A stretch of 64,000 bases of DNA from Bacteroidales bacterium (GTDB lineage: Bacteria > Bacteroidota > Bacteroidia > Bacteroidales > CAIWKO01). Below, piece by piece: positions 27,824 to 39,085 of the stretch; the first letter of the stretch is position 1; every line of letters begins with the position of its first letter. The notes under the pieces are model-generated. The model saw nothing but the letters and a program-made list of their open reading frames with translations. It was not told the DNA's origin and ran no database searches. The stretch lies in the NCBI GenBank assembly GCA_035389045.1, contig DAOORA010000012.1:1-64000 (forward strand), in the 5' to 3' direction. The translations under genes and the position numbers were made by a program.

Positions 27824-30247
27824 TTATCTCAAAAGAGAAACCGTTCCGTTGAAGTTGATCTCTTTGCCGTCTTTTCCTTTGGCAGTATATATATAATAAT
27901 ATATGCCATCGGCTTCCTTTTGCCCGTTCTGATTATTACCATCCCATTCACCTCCGACCTCGGTCCATGAATAGATTTTTTTACCCCAGCGGTTATATAT
28001 TATCATCTCTTCAGACTCCAGGGCTTTGGATTCCACCCTGAATGTTTCATTTATGCCATCACCGTTAGGTGTAAAAATATTTGGAATTTTTACTGAAGGA
28101 ATGAACAAATGAAGATATAATGAGTCAACGCAAAAATCCGGTGCACCGGAAGTTACCACCAGCAGTACGAGGTACTCCCCACCTGTGGCATATTGATGAA
28201 CCGGATTGGCAACGGTAGCAGTCGCGCCATCGCCAAAATCCCAGAAATAATCCACCGCGCCGTTTCCGGTAAAATAAAATGATATGGTAGTCTGAAACAG
28301 TGCTGTATTTGAATCTATTACAGCTGCTGCAAAAAGCGGTGAATTAGTCATAAGGGTTGCTGATCCGGAAATTGCACAATCATTGGTATCGGTAACCGTC
28401 ACTGTATAGTATCCTGCACAGAGATTCGTCAGATCAGGAGTATGCAGAGCAGAACCCGTCCAATTATAGTTATAGGGCGGAATACCACCGGTAACAGTGA
28501 CATTAACCGAACCATCACAGCTGTTCAGGCAGCCTTCATCTTCGGATATGATACTAATATCTAATGCATAAGGTTGAAAAATCTGAACCGTATCCTCAAT
28601 AATACAACCGACATTATCGGTTATCGTAACATAATATGTACCAACCGGAAGGTTGATGGCCGTCTGTGTTGTCTGAGGCGGTGAGGTACTCCATTGATAT
28701 GAATAGGGTGTCGATCCGCTGACCGGGTAAACAGCTGCAGTTCCGTTGCTCTCGCCAAAACATATCACATCGGTATATATGGTCGTATCGTTGCTGAGGT
28801 TACTTACAAGAACAGTTTGTACCGTTTGTGTAGAGATACAGTTGTTTTCATTGATAGTGAGCGAAATATCATAATTTCCCGATGCCGGCCAGGTCACAAT
28901 ATGAGGTCCCTGCCCTGTGCCCGGGATAGCAGTGCCGCCTGAAAAATTCCATAAATAACTTGCACCTGCCGACGCATTACCCGTATAAACCACAGTAGCT
29001 GAATTATTGATACAGTTGGGCGCCGAGACAGTAAAATCTGAAGTCGGAATAGGGTTGACATGCACTGTAACAACATCCGTGGTAGTGCCAGGGCAGTTAG
29101 GGTTACCTCCGGTACCGGTAAGGGTATAGGTAGTGGTGACTGTAGGTGAAACTACAGGGTTCGCAATAGTTGAATCGGCCATACCTGCACCGGGCGACCA
29201 TGAATAGGTCGTAGCCCCGCTGCCGTTGAGCGTGGCGCTCTGTCCTTCACAAATGGTAGCGTCTGTGCCTGCATCCATGGTGAAAATCCCAGAGGCTGCT
29301 GCGATGATATAATCGCAGACACATCCTGCATTACCGTCAATCATCAGATAATAGGTCTGCCCCACGGTAAGCCCTGTGGCTGTAATGGTACCACTGACAA
29401 CAGAGGCAGGATTCCAGCAATTTGAAACCGAAGTAAAATTATAGCAGTCTGTGGTGGAATAAACTTCCATCTGTATTCCATAGGGAGTGGAACAGTTGGA
29501 CACATATACGAACAATATCGAGGTGGTGGAATCAGCTACAAAAGAAAGCCAGGAATTATTTTCAATAGAACCGCAGAAAACATTCCCCAGCGGAGTATTA
29601 TCCTCATCGGCCGGGTTGGTTGGACTGACAGTAGCAGTATAAGATGCGCTGGTATTACCGCAATATCCGTTCAGGTTACAAATAGGCACGGCAGTAGAAC
29701 AATAATCACCGGCAATGGGGTTTGAAGCACAGGCTGGCGGTTGTGGAATAGAATGTACACAAAGCCCAAAAGTACCATAAGTTCCTCCACCGTACTCCCA
29801 GAACCTGATCAATACCGTGGCTCCGGGGGTAAGGTCCGTTCGGGTGATCGTGGGCATACTACCAGTACCGTCATTGTCATCACACTCGATCAGTGTCAGC
29901 GAATTACAGGTGCCGTAATAAATGGCCATAGCTCCGTTCGTAATCACCCCGGGATAGGTATCGAAAACCATAGCTCCGCTGGCAGGCACGGTTACTTTGA
30001 ACCACACATCAGCAGCAGACGTCGTATAACTGCCACACGCAGGCAAAGGTGTTTCACTGGAATACGTAGCCCCTGTATTGGTATAAGTGACATAACTACA
30101 ATAGGTACCCACCGGTATGGCCTGCGCATTGGCACAATCATCATTTGCGGGTTGCGCAAAGACCGCACAGGCAAAAAACAATAAAAACGAAAACATTATT
30201 ATTAACTTGCCCCATGCATGAGTTCTAAAAAAAATAATTTTATTCAT
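27824..30247 (-). CDS. T9SS type B (gliding motility-associated CTD) surface protein with SprB-like and PKD modules
   Basis: QPANDDCANA, DVWF, SprB-like YSYQWS/GGIPPY units, WDFGDG PKD, IPNIFTPNGDGINE...IYNRWG...WDG...GIYYY CTD. Confidence 0.88.
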   Translation of the reverse strand: MNKIIFFRTHAWGKLIIMFSFLLFFACAVFAQPANDDCANAQAIPVGTYCSYVTYTNTGATYSSETPLPACGSYTTSAADVWFKVTVPASGAMVFDTYPGVITNGAMAIYYGTCNSLTLIECDDNDGTGSMPTITRTDLTPGATVLIRFWEYGGGTYGTFGLCVHSIPQPPACASNPIAGDYCSTAVPICNLNGYCGNTSASYTATVSPTNPADEDNTPLGNVFCGSIENNSWLSFVADSTTSILFVYVSNCSTPYGIQMEVYSTTDCYNFTSVSNCWNPASVVSGTITATGLTVGQTYYLMIDGNAGCVCDYIIAAASGIFTMDAGTDATICEGQSATLNGSGATTYSWSPGAGMADSTIANPVVSPTVTTTYTLTGTGGNPNCPGTTTDVVTVHVNPIPTSDFTVSAPNCINNSATVVYTGNASAGASYLWNFSGGTAIPGTGQGPHIVTWPASGNYDISLTINENNCISTQTVQTVLVSNLSNDTTIYTDVICFGESNGTAAVYPVSGSTPYSYQWSTSPPQTTQTAINLPVGTYYVTITDNVGCIIEDTVQIFQPYALDISIISEDEGCLNSCDGSVNVTVTGGIPPYNYNWTGSALHTPDLTNLCAGYYTVTVTDTNDCAISGSATLMTNSPLFAAAVIDSNTALFQTTISFYFTGNGAVDYFWDFGDGATATVANPVHQYATGGEYLVLLVVTSGAPDFCVDSLYLHLFIPSVKIPNIFTPNGDGINETFRVESKALESEEMIIYNRWGKKIYSWTEVGGEWDGNNQNGQKEADGIYYYIYTAKGKDGKEINFNGTVSLLR

Positions 30248-30271
30248 CTTATATATGATATAATTAAGTTT

Positions 30272-30649
30272 TTAATTAGTTTCCTTTTTTTCAATAAGTT
30301 CAGCATCAATAAAATAACCTGTATCTTTCCAGGTCGACCTGATGTGCTCTATAATTTTGTCTATTTTATTATTGTTCAAATCATTTACCACTATTTTACA
30401 AAAACCACCATTAAAATCAGTATATGCAGATAACACAAGGCCGGATTGAATCAGGGTCTTATCAATGACCAAGGCATCTTCGGCTTTTTCCATTCCGGTG
30501 ATTTTGAAAAGTATCGTAATGGCATCACCATTACAATTAAAATAATTATTTGTGTTCTGTGTGTTGTATGAAAAAAACATATTGTTCCCCACACTAAAAA
30601 ACAGAGAAAACATAACGACCGCAATACTCAGGTTTATTTTTCGCATCAT
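30272..30649 (-). CDS. Small hypothetical exported protein (possible HMA-like fold without CxxC)
   Basis: Signal-like N-terminus; FKITGM...IDKTL pattern; tightly packed between two adhesin genes. Confidence 0.6.
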   Translation of the reverse strand: MMRKINLSIAVVMFSLFFSVGNNMFFSYNTQNTNNYFNCNGDAITILFKITGMEKAEDALVIDKTLIQSGLVLSAYTDFNGGFCKIVVNDLNNNKIDKIIEHIRSTWKDTGYFIDAELIEKKETN

Positions 30650-30662
30650 AATATATAAAATT

Positions 30663-33600
30663 TTATCTGACTAATGTCACTATACCTTTCAATTTAAATT
30701 CTTTCCCATTCAGGTTACGATAGAGAATAATATAGACATACACGCCTAACTCACTTTTTTTACCGTTTGATAATCCATCCCAGCCTTCTTCAAGGTCTTT
30801 TGTAAAAAACTGCTCTTTTCCCCACCGGTCAAAGATATAAAATTTATAATTCGTTTTATCTATACCAGTGATAACAGGTTTGAAAATTTCATTAAGTCCA
30901 TCTTTATCAGGTGTAAATGCATTAGGAACAAAGATAACCGTTTGCGGGATGATCATCACCGGTTTTTCGACGGTATCAGAGCAAAAATGGTTGCTGTATG
31001 CAATCAGCTGTACGCGATATTTACCGGTATCTGTAAACATATGTACCGGATTTTGCAATGAGGAATAATTTTCCGAAAAAGAAGCCGGATCGTTAAAATT
31101 CCAGTACCAGGAATTGGCCCCAAAAGAAAGGTCATAGAAATCAATTTTTGTATTATCGGAATATGCCATGACCGGATTAGCATAAAAATCAGCTACCGGT
31201 TTCAGTAGTGCGCTGACCGTATCGGTTGCGGTAACCAGGCAACCGTCCGAAGTATGGGCAGTAAGGTAAACAGTGTATGTTCCCCGGTTGTGATATAAAT
31301 GTCCTGGATTGGTTGCCGCTGACGTATTATCGGGAGAAGAAAGATCGCCGAAATTCCAGGACAACGTATTGGTATCAATAACTGAACCTGCAGGTAAATA
31401 ACTGAATGAGACAAAGAGCGGACTGCAGCCCTCAGCAGGCAGAGGCACAACAGACAATACCGGGACGCTGTAAATACCAACGGCTACCGTGGTTGACCCG
31501 CTGCATCCATCAGGATTGCTGCCGTTGACAGTGTATATAGTGGTGCTGCCGGGCGATGCCAGCACATTAGCCCCTGAATTTGCAGATAACCCTGAATCAG
31601 GCTGCCAGCTATAGTTGAACGCGCCGCCGGCAGTAAGCAAAACATTGCTCCCTTCACAGATGAAGGGATTATTGGGTGTAACGGTAATTGTTAAGCCCGA
31701 AGTAACGACGATCTGCGTAGTGCCGCTATTACTGCACCCGGTGACAGGATGAGTAAAATCATAGGTGATGGTATGTGTGCCGATGCCAGCAGCGGCAGGG
31801 TCGAAACTATTACCGGTAATTCCTGGGCCGCTGTATGTGCCGCCTGCAGGAGATGCCTGAGACAGGGTCAATACCGGTGAAGTGACACACAACTGCGGCA
31901 TAGTAACGAACGAAATCTGCGGTGTCGGATTCACGTTGATCATATATGAGGACGCTATGCCGGTACAGTTATTTGCAGAAGGAGTAACTGCGATCGTTGA
32001 GGTCTGAACAACATTACCTGTGTTGACAGCTGTAAATGATGAAATATCTCCTGTTCCGCCGGCAGACAAACCTATCGTCGTATTTGAACTGGTCCAGGAA
32101 AAAGTTGCACCGGAAACGGGACTGGTAAATGAGGTTCCAGGTACTACATCTCCGTTACAGATACTGATATTGGAAGGGACTATCACAGAAGGTGTAGGAT
32201 TTACAGTTATTGTAAATGAGGATGACGTCCCCGGGCAGTTGTTCACAGTAGGTACAACTGCAATGGTTGCGGTTATCGGCACTGCACCGTTGTTGGCGGC
32301 TGTATAAGAACCTATGTTCCCTGTGCCGCTGGCTGCTAACCCAATAGCATTATTGGAATTTGTCCAGGCAAAAGTACCGCCGGCAGGAGTGCTTACAAAG
32401 TTGGTACCCGGTATGGATCCTCCGTTACAAATGGTGATGTTGGATGGGACAGAAACTGTCGGAACAGGATTTACCGTGATGGTATAAGAAGAAGGGGTGC
32501 CCGGGCAACTGTTCACAGTAGCTGAAACGGTGATGGTTGCCGTTATCGGAGCGTTCGTAGTGTTTACAGCGGTAAAGGCTGTAATATTTCCGGTACCGCT
32601 GACTCCGAGGCCTATTGCTGTATTGGAATTTGTCCAGGCAAAAATACCGCCCGCCGGGCTGCTGCTAAAGCTGGTAGCAGGAACAGAGCCGCTGCTGCAA
32701 ACGTTAATATTAGCAGGAACGGAAACGACCGGTGTCGGATTAACCGTGATCGTATACGTGGAAGGGGTGCCAGTACAACCATTCACAGTCGGAATAACTG
32801 AAATGGTGGCGGTAACCGGTGAATTGCTCTGATTCGCTGCTGTAAATCCCGGGATATTCCCTGTGCCACTGGCTACAAGGCCTATGGCAGTGTTTGAATT
32901 GGTCCAGGCAAAAGAGCCCCCTGCCGGACTGCTGATGAAGTTTGTTGCTGCAACCGGGCTGTTTTTACATACGGTGATGTTGGCCGGAACACTAACCGTG
33001 GGTACAGGGCTCACTGTAATGGTAAAAGAAGATGAAATACCCGTACAGTTGTTTGCGACAGGCACCACGGTTATGGTAGCCGTGATTGGGTTATTCCCGG
33101 TGTTTGTAGCTGTAAACGATGGAATATTCCCTGTACCATTGGCTCCTAATCCGATGGCGGTATTTGAATTTGTCCAGGAAAAAGTTCCCCCGGCAGGCAT
33201 ACTGGTGAAATTTACGGTCGGTACTGTTCCGTTGGTGCAAACCGTAATATTAGCCGGAACGTTTACTGAAGGAACAGGATTTACGGTAATGGTATAAGCA
33301 GAAGATGTTCCCTGACAGGTGTTCACCGTAGGAGTAACAGTTATGGTGGCAGATATCGGAGTTGTACCCGTATTAGAAGCAATAAATGATGCAATATTAC
33401 CTGTACCTCCGGAAGTCAACCCGACTGCGGTATTTGAATTGGTCCATGCAAAAGAACCTCCTGACGGAGTACTGGCAAAGTTGGTGGCAGCAATAGTAGC
33501 ATTATGACAAACGGTCACATTGGAAGGAACCGTGACAGTGGGTGTCGGGTTTACGGTCACTGTTGCTGTGAATGTGGCGCCTGTGCAGGAGGCAGTATGT

Positions 33601-35303
33601 GGGCCGACCGTGTAAGTCACGTTTACGGGAGCATTGGTAGTATTGGTCAATGTACCGCTTACTGATGCCGCATTAGTGCCTGCCGTAGCGCCAGTAATTC
33701 CCGTAACCACAGGAGCCGTCCAGTTATAAACCGTACCTGAAGGGACAACGCCATTGACGCCATTTACCGGACTGAGATTAAAGGTTCCTCCGCTACAAAT
33801 GGTAGCGGACATATTGGTGACAGCGGGTAATGGGTTGACTGTTACTGTAAGGGTATACGGAGCGCCCTGACATGTTCCTGTTACAGGGGTCACGGTATAG
33901 ACGACATTAATGGGTGCATTGGTGGTGTTGGTGAGGGTTCCGCTGATAGAAGCGGCATTAGTGCCGGATATAGCGCCTGTAATCCCGGCAACAACAGGAG
34001 CCGGCCAGCTATATGTTGTACCTGCCGGAACAACCCCATTGGTTCCGTTGACCGGAGTGGATGTAAAGCCTGCTCCGCTGCATGCCGTAAGGGACATATT
34101 ATTAATCTGGGGTTGCGGATTGACGGTAACCGTGACAGAGTTTGTCGTGGTGCAACCCGGATTTACGCCTGTAACGGTATATGTTGTTGTCATTGTGGGC
34201 GAAGCCGCAACTGCAGAGCCTGTGGTTTGATTTAATCCGGCAGCCGGAGCCCAGCTATAAGTGGTAGAACCTGAAGCAGTAAGCCCGACAGAACCTCCGG
34301 CACAAATGACCGGGTTGACCGGAGCGATGCTAACACTTCCGCTGGCCTTGGAAACGGTAATGTGGTCATCAACCGTGACGGTAGCCCCAAAACAGGTACT
34401 GTAGTTTGCCTGGGCAGTGTATGTGGTAGTTCCGGTAGGACAAACATAAATGGTGTTGCCTGAACCAATCTGAGAGGAACCTTCATACCAAGTGATACCA
34501 ACAAAGGAAGAGCCAATGGGGGTAAAACGCCAGGCTTCGTTCTGTGCAGTCCAGACAGAGGTGTTGCGTCCCGGCGGGGTAAGCCCCAACGTTCCGGTTG
34601 CATTCTGGATCCCAATCAATGCATTTCCATCATTCCATAATGTACAGACAGGCTTGTCCTGAACATAGACCTCAATAATATTTGATGTTTCATATAATAC
34701 GATCTGATGGGTTGCAATATAGCTGTTACAATCAGTTAGAAACAAAGGTATCTGATACCAGCTGACCACAAAGGTCCTGCAGGGATATGTTCCCAGAATG
34801 GCATAGTACATCAATCCTGAAACGGCCGGATCGATATCATGATAAACGCCAAAAATAGCATTGGGAATAAGGGAAAAGGAAGGACAGGTTGCAGAAAACT
34901 GCCAGGGGCAGTAACCATTGGCAGGGGTCAGATCAAAAGAAACCACGCCATTGGAGCCGGCAATAATCTCATTGTAGTTTACGCCATAAAAACAAAATGT
35001 GAACGGCAGGGTGATCACACTGCTCCAGCGGTCGTCAATGTTGACCAGAATCGGGTTTCCAATATTATAAGGATACGGAGGCGCATAAGGAATCGAGGAA
35101 ACACTATAATTGCTTGTTTCACCGCTCGTCTGAACGGCAACCGCATCAATATTTGTACAGGGCTGATTACAGGGCAACGTAAAATCATTCCCTCCGTTGG
35201 TAGTTATTGTAACATTGACACACCCGGGTTGCCCCCATACACGAATATTCAGAAACAACACTACAAACAATGATATATATAAATACTTTTTACTCATCAA
35301 CAT
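30663..35303 (-). CDS. Large T9SS type B adhesin with ~8 PKD-like repeats
   Basis: Signal peptide; LPFTFCFYG N-domain; ~91-aa VNP.P...TVC...WTNSNTAIGL...G.GNI repeats; PKD domains; VPNAFTPDKDGLNE...FDRWG CTD. Confidence 0.9.
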   Translation of the reverse strand: MLMSKKYLYISLFVVLFLNIRVWGQPGCVNVTITTNGGNDFTLPCNQPCTNIDAVAVQTSGETSNYSVSSIPYAPPYPYNIGNPILVNIDDRWSSVITLPFTFCFYGVNYNEIIAGSNGVVSFDLTPANGYCPWQFSATCPSFSLIPNAIFGVYHDIDPAVSGLMYYAILGTYPCRTFVVSWYQIPLFLTDCNSYIATHQIVLYETSNIIEVYVQDKPVCTLWNDGNALIGIQNATGTLGLTPPGRNTSVWTAQNEAWRFTPIGSSFVGITWYEGSSQIGSGNTIYVCPTGTTTYTAQANYSTCFGATVTVDDHITVSKASGSVSIAPVNPVICAGGSVGLTASGSTTYSWAPAAGLNQTTGSAVAASPTMTTTYTVTGVNPGCTTTNSVTVTVNPQPQINNMSLTACSGAGFTSTPVNGTNGVVPAGTTYSWPAPVVAGITGAISGTNAASISGTLTNTTNAPINVVYTVTPVTGTCQGAPYTLTVTVNPLPAVTNMSATICSGGTFNLSPVNGVNGVVPSGTVYNWTAPVVTGITGATAGTNAASVSGTLTNTTNAPVNVTYTVGPHTASCTGATFTATVTVNPTPTVTVPSNVTVCHNATIAATNFASTPSGGSFAWTNSNTAVGLTSGGTGNIASFIASNTGTTPISATITVTPTVNTCQGTSSAYTITVNPVPSVNVPANITVCTNGTVPTVNFTSMPAGGTFSWTNSNTAIGLGANGTGNIPSFTATNTGNNPITATITVVPVANNCTGISSSFTITVSPVPTVSVPANITVCKNSPVAATNFISSPAGGSFAWTNSNTAIGLVASGTGNIPGFTAANQSNSPVTATISVIPTVNGCTGTPSTYTITVNPTPVVSVPANINVCSSGSVPATSFSSSPAGGIFAWTNSNTAIGLGVSGTGNITAFTAVNTTNAPITATITVSATVNSCPGTPSSYTITVNPVPTVSVPSNITICNGGSIPGTNFVSTPAGGTFAWTNSNNAIGLAASGTGNIGSYTAANNGAVPITATIAVVPTVNNCPGTSSSFTITVNPTPSVIVPSNISICNGDVVPGTSFTSPVSGATFSWTSSNTTIGLSAGGTGDISSFTAVNTGNVVQTSTIAVTPSANNCTGIASSYMINVNPTPQISFVTMPQLCVTSPVLTLSQASPAGGTYSGPGITGNSFDPAAAGIGTHTITYDFTHPVTGCSNSGTTQIVVTSGLTITVTPNNPFICEGSNVLLTAGGAFNYSWQPDSGLSANSGANVLASPGSTTIYTVNGSNPDGCSGSTTVAVGIYSVPVLSVVPLPAEGCSPLFVSFSYLPAGSVIDTNTLSWNFGDLSSPDNTSAATNPGHLYHNRGTYTVYLTAHTSDGCLVTATDTVSALLKPVADFYANPVMAYSDNTKIDFYDLSFGANSWYWNFNDPASFSENYSSLQNPVHMFTDTGKYRVQLIAYSNHFCSDTVEKPVMIIPQTVIFVPNAFTPDKDGLNEIFKPVITGIDKTNYKFYIFDRWGKEQFFTKDLEEGWDGLSNGKKSELGVYVYIILYRNLNGKEFKLKGIVTLVR

Positions 35304-35458
35304 TCTGTAAAATCAATAAAATCAATAATTTAAATTAATCAGCCTATAAATATGAAATGGTTTTTGTATGCATATTAAATAACTTGTTGTTAAGAATGAA
35401 CATAACATATGGTTAACTTCTATATCCAAAAACGTCAAATAAGCTCCCCTGTCATTAT

Positions 35459-38400
35459 TTATCGGACCAATGTAACAATCCCTTTTAGTTTAAATTCCTT
35501 GCCGGTGTAATTGCTGTATTTTACCAGGTAAACATAGACGCCGGATTCACTCTCCTTATCGTTTACATAGCCATCCCAGCCGGTATCCACATCATCGGTA
35601 AAAAACTGCTCCTTACCCCAGCGGTCAAAGATATAGAATTTATAGCTTTTTTCATCTATACCGGATATCACCGGTTTAAATATTTCATTGTAGCCATCAT
35701 GGTCGGGTGTAAAAGCATTTGGAATGAAAATGATGGTTTGCGGCAGAATTGTCACCGGTTTTTCTATGGTATCGGAGCAATTATGACTGCTTGTAACTAT
35801 GAGTTGAACCACATAGGTGCCTGAATCCGTAAATACGTGAATCGGGTTTTGCTCATCCGCATAATTATCACTTTCTGCATCAGGATCGTCAAAATTCCAC
35901 AACCAGAAATTCGCTCCCATAGAAAGGTCATAAAAATATATTGTCGGATTATCTGTATATGCCACCAGCGGATTATAATAAAAATCAGCAGTCGGCGTGA
36001 TGTACACCTCTACGGGCTGATAATCAGTGACTTTACAGCCGTTGATATCCTCTGCCGTAAATGATACTATGTAATTTCCTTCATGCTGATAGAGATGAGT
36101 AGGAAATTTTTCGGTTGAAACATTGTCATTACTGTAATAATCACCGAAATTCCAATGCCATGTAGAATCGCTGATGAGGTTCTGCGGTGAAAAGTTCATG
36201 GTGATTTCCACAGGGTTGCATCCCCAGGGTGGCACTGCCGAGATACTCACCATATTTGTATTATAATAATTAATTGATGATGTCACAGATCCGCTGCAGC
36301 CATTGTTGTTTGTGCCGATTACCGTATACACGATGCTTGAGGGCGGTGACGCAATGACAACAGATCCTGATGTTACGTTCAATCCTAAAGGCGGTAGCCA
36401 TAAATATCCGTCAGCGCCGTTTGCGGTCAGGGTTATATGATCACCGGGACATATATACGCTGAAGACGGGTTTACCCCTATTGTAATCCCTGCATAAATA
36501 TTGATGACCTGGTCAATGGTATTGGAACATGTGGTAATGGGATCCGTATAGGCATAAGTGATGGTATGCAGTCCGACACCGGCGGCATTGGGATCAAAGG
36601 TATTATTGGTCACACCGGGGCCTGAGTAAGTACCCCCTGCAGGTGCGCCCTGAGTCAATGCAAATGCAGGAGAACTGGGACACAATGATGGAAGTGTATC
36701 AAAAGTCAGCACGGGCAAAGCATTCACCGTTATCATGTATGATGACGGGGTTCCAATACAATTATTGGCTGAGGGGGTAACTGTGATAGTCGCAGTGATA
36801 GCGGTGATCCCTGTGTTGGACGAGGTGAACGACGGCACATCGCCAATACCTCCGGAGCCCAACCCTATAGTAATGTTTGAATTGGCCCAAGCATAGGTGG
36901 CGCCTGCTGTCGGACTTGTCAATGTGGTGCCCGGAACCAGTGTTGCAGGACATACCACAATATCAGCCGGAACGTTGACCCCCGGTGTGGGATTTACCGT
37001 AATAGTGAATGTGGATGGTGTTCCGATACAACCATTTACAGTTGGTATAACAGAAACAGTTGCTGTCACCGGGGCAGTACCCGTATTGACAGCCGTAAAC
37101 GGTGCGATATTCCCTGAACCGCTGAAAGACAGTCCTATAGTATTATCCGTATTCGTCCAGGTAAAAGTACCGCCGGCAGGGGTGCTGGTGAAACCGCCGG
37201 GAGTAACGGTTCCATTGTTACATACCGTAATGTCAGAAGGTAATATAGCTGTCGGTGTCGGATCCACTGTTATGGTATAGGATGAAGCTGTTCCTACGCA
37301 GGTATTTACGGTCGGGGTAACGCTGACCGTGGCGGATATGGGAGTATTACCTGTGTTGGAGGCGGTAAACGACGGAACATTACCCGAACCTGATGCAGCC
37401 AAACCAATAACCGTATTGGAATTGGTCCAGGTATACGTACCTCCTGCAGGAATGCTGGAGAAATTGGTTGCCGCAACCGTTCCGGTATTACAAACGGTAA
37501 TATTGGCGGGAAGCACCACTGCCGGAGAAGGATTAACCGTAATGTTATAGTTGGCTGTTGGCCCGTCACAGCCATTCAGTGTTGGTAAAACAGTGATGGT
37601 AGAAGAAATGGGAGCGCTACCGGTGTTCGTTGCCGTGAATGAGGGGATATTCCCTGTACCACTGTTACTTAAGCCAATAGCAGGATTGGAATTGGACCAT
37701 TGGAATGTACTGCCGGGCGGGTTGCTGGTGAAGGTTGCTGCTGCCACGGTGCCGGTATTACAAACGGTAATATCTGAAGGCACAACAGCAGCCGGTGTGG
37801 GTTTTACATTAACGGAAACCGTAGTGGTTGATGTACAATTACCGATAGTACCTGTTACGGTATAGGTAGTATTGGTTGTCGGGCTGACGGTGACATTGTC
37901 GCCTGACAAGCTGCCGGGCTGCCAGGAATAGGTTGTTGCACCTCCGGCATGCAGCGCAGAAGTCTGTCCTGAACAAATGTCTGTTGGGGTAGCAGATACG
38001 GTCAGCACCGGGTTGGGGTTAACAGTTACAGTAACTGATCCTGCAGCGGAACAGCCCGTTGAGGTGTTTGTTCCGGTCACATAATATGTGGTAGTTGTGG
38101 CGGGAGAAACGCTCACTGAAGAACCGGATAAATTCCCGGGCATCCAGGTATAGCTGGCCGCACCGGATGATATGAGGTTCGCTGACTGTCCGGCACAGAT
38201 ATCGGCAGGAGAGGCAGAAGCCGAAACGACAGGCATGGGATTTACAACCACAGGTACAGACACTGATGTTGTGCATGGAATATTACTGATGATGGTAAGA
38301 TTTACATTGAATGTACCTGCGTTTGGAAATATATGAGAAGGGTTCTGCGTATGAACCACAGGGCTGCCGTCACCAAAATCCCAGGACCAATTTGTTATGG

Positions 38401-39085
38401 TACCACTTGCTGATGTAGACTGATCTGTAAACTGCGTTGAGGATCCCTGACAGACGGTACTCGAAGTAAAAGTTGCTATATCAGAAACAGGCACTATTGG
38501 CGAGAGGCAATCCAACATAATATACGGTTGCGGAGCGCAGCCAAGGTCATGTACCAAAAAAAGCATATGGCCCCAGTTCTGCGAGGGAGTAAAAGAAACA
38601 TTGTGTGTAACCCAGTTATTTATGTGTGCCGCATTATACACATCACCGGAACTCCATAACAATTCGGTCTGATCACATCCGCTGTTGCCTCCCATATTGC
38701 CCCAGATCTGCAGTTCAACACATCCGGGTGATATGCCCCCGCCGGTTGAATTGGTAGAAGCCAGGGCAATGGTAAAGTTATACGTTGTACCTGCAACCAT
38801 AGGACTGCTCAACGTCTGGCTAGCACCTTCGATCCAACTGCCCTGCTGAACCAGCCCGATATAGGTGCTTCCGCACTGGGCCGGCAGTGAAATACCCCAG
38901 GAGCCCGGTTGTGTGTCGGGGGTGACGCCCGGCAGACAGATATCCCAATTCGGGGGAGTGACGTGAGGGGCAGGGGAACCTTCGAAAGAAGGATTGAGCA
39001 CCGTAAGAACGGTACCCCCGCATTGGGCAAAAACCCTTGTAACTGCCGCAATAAAAAATAAAAAAAATAAAAGTTGTTTTTTCAT
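35459..39085 (-). CDS. Large T9SS type B adhesin with 4 PKD-like repeats (paralog of 30663-35303)
   Basis: Start at ATG 39085 (MKKQLLF signal peptide); LNPSFEG N-domain; same repeats; IPNAFTPDHDGYNE...FDRWG...FKLKGIVTLVR CTD. Confidence 0.9.
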   Translation of the reverse strand: MKKQLLFFLFFIAAVTRVFAQCGGTVLTVLNPSFEGSPAPHVTPPNWDICLPGVTPDTQPGSWGISLPAQCGSTYIGLVQQGSWIEGASQTLSSPMVAGTTYNFTIALASTNSTGGGISPGCVELQIWGNMGGNSGCDQTELLWSSGDVYNAAHINNWVTHNVSFTPSQNWGHMLFLVHDLGCAPQPYIMLDCLSPIVPVSDIATFTSSTVCQGSSTQFTDQSTSASGTITNWSWDFGDGSPVVHTQNPSHIFPNAGTFNVNLTIISNIPCTTSVSVPVVVNPMPVVSASASPADICAGQSANLISSGAASYTWMPGNLSGSSVSVSPATTTTYYVTGTNTSTGCSAAGSVTVTVNPNPVLTVSATPTDICSGQTSALHAGGATTYSWQPGSLSGDNVTVSPTTNTTYTVTGTIGNCTSTTTVSVNVKPTPAAVVPSDITVCNTGTVAAATFTSNPPGSTFQWSNSNPAIGLSNSGTGNIPSFTATNTGSAPISSTITVLPTLNGCDGPTANYNITVNPSPAVVLPANITVCNTGTVAATNFSSIPAGGTYTWTNSNTVIGLAASGSGNVPSFTASNTGNTPISATVSVTPTVNTCVGTASSYTITVDPTPTAILPSDITVCNNGTVTPGGFTSTPAGGTFTWTNTDNTIGLSFSGSGNIAPFTAVNTGTAPVTATVSVIPTVNGCIGTPSTFTITVNPTPGVNVPADIVVCPATLVPGTTLTSPTAGATYAWANSNITIGLGSGGIGDVPSFTSSNTGITAITATITVTPSANNCIGTPSSYMITVNALPVLTFDTLPSLCPSSPAFALTQGAPAGGTYSGPGVTNNTFDPNAAGVGLHTITYAYTDPITTCSNTIDQVINIYAGITIGVNPSSAYICPGDHITLTANGADGYLWLPPLGLNVTSGSVVIASPPSSIVYTVIGTNNNGCSGSVTSSINYYNTNMVSISAVPPWGCNPVEITMNFSPQNLISDSTWHWNFGDYYSNDNVSTEKFPTHLYQHEGNYIVSFTAEDINGCKVTDYQPVEVYITPTADFYYNPLVAYTDNPTIYFYDLSMGANFWLWNFDDPDAESDNYADEQNPIHVFTDSGTYVVQLIVTSSHNCSDTIEKPVTILPQTIIFIPNAFTPDHDGYNEIFKPVISGIDEKSYKFYIFDRWGKEQFFTDDVDTGWDGYVNDKESESGVYVYLVKYSNYTGKEFKLKGIVTLVR

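Noticed and set aside
32020..37865. Repeated Val/Pro-rich plus-strand ORFs
   Set aside because: Antisense shadows of the Thr/Gly-rich adhesin repeats.
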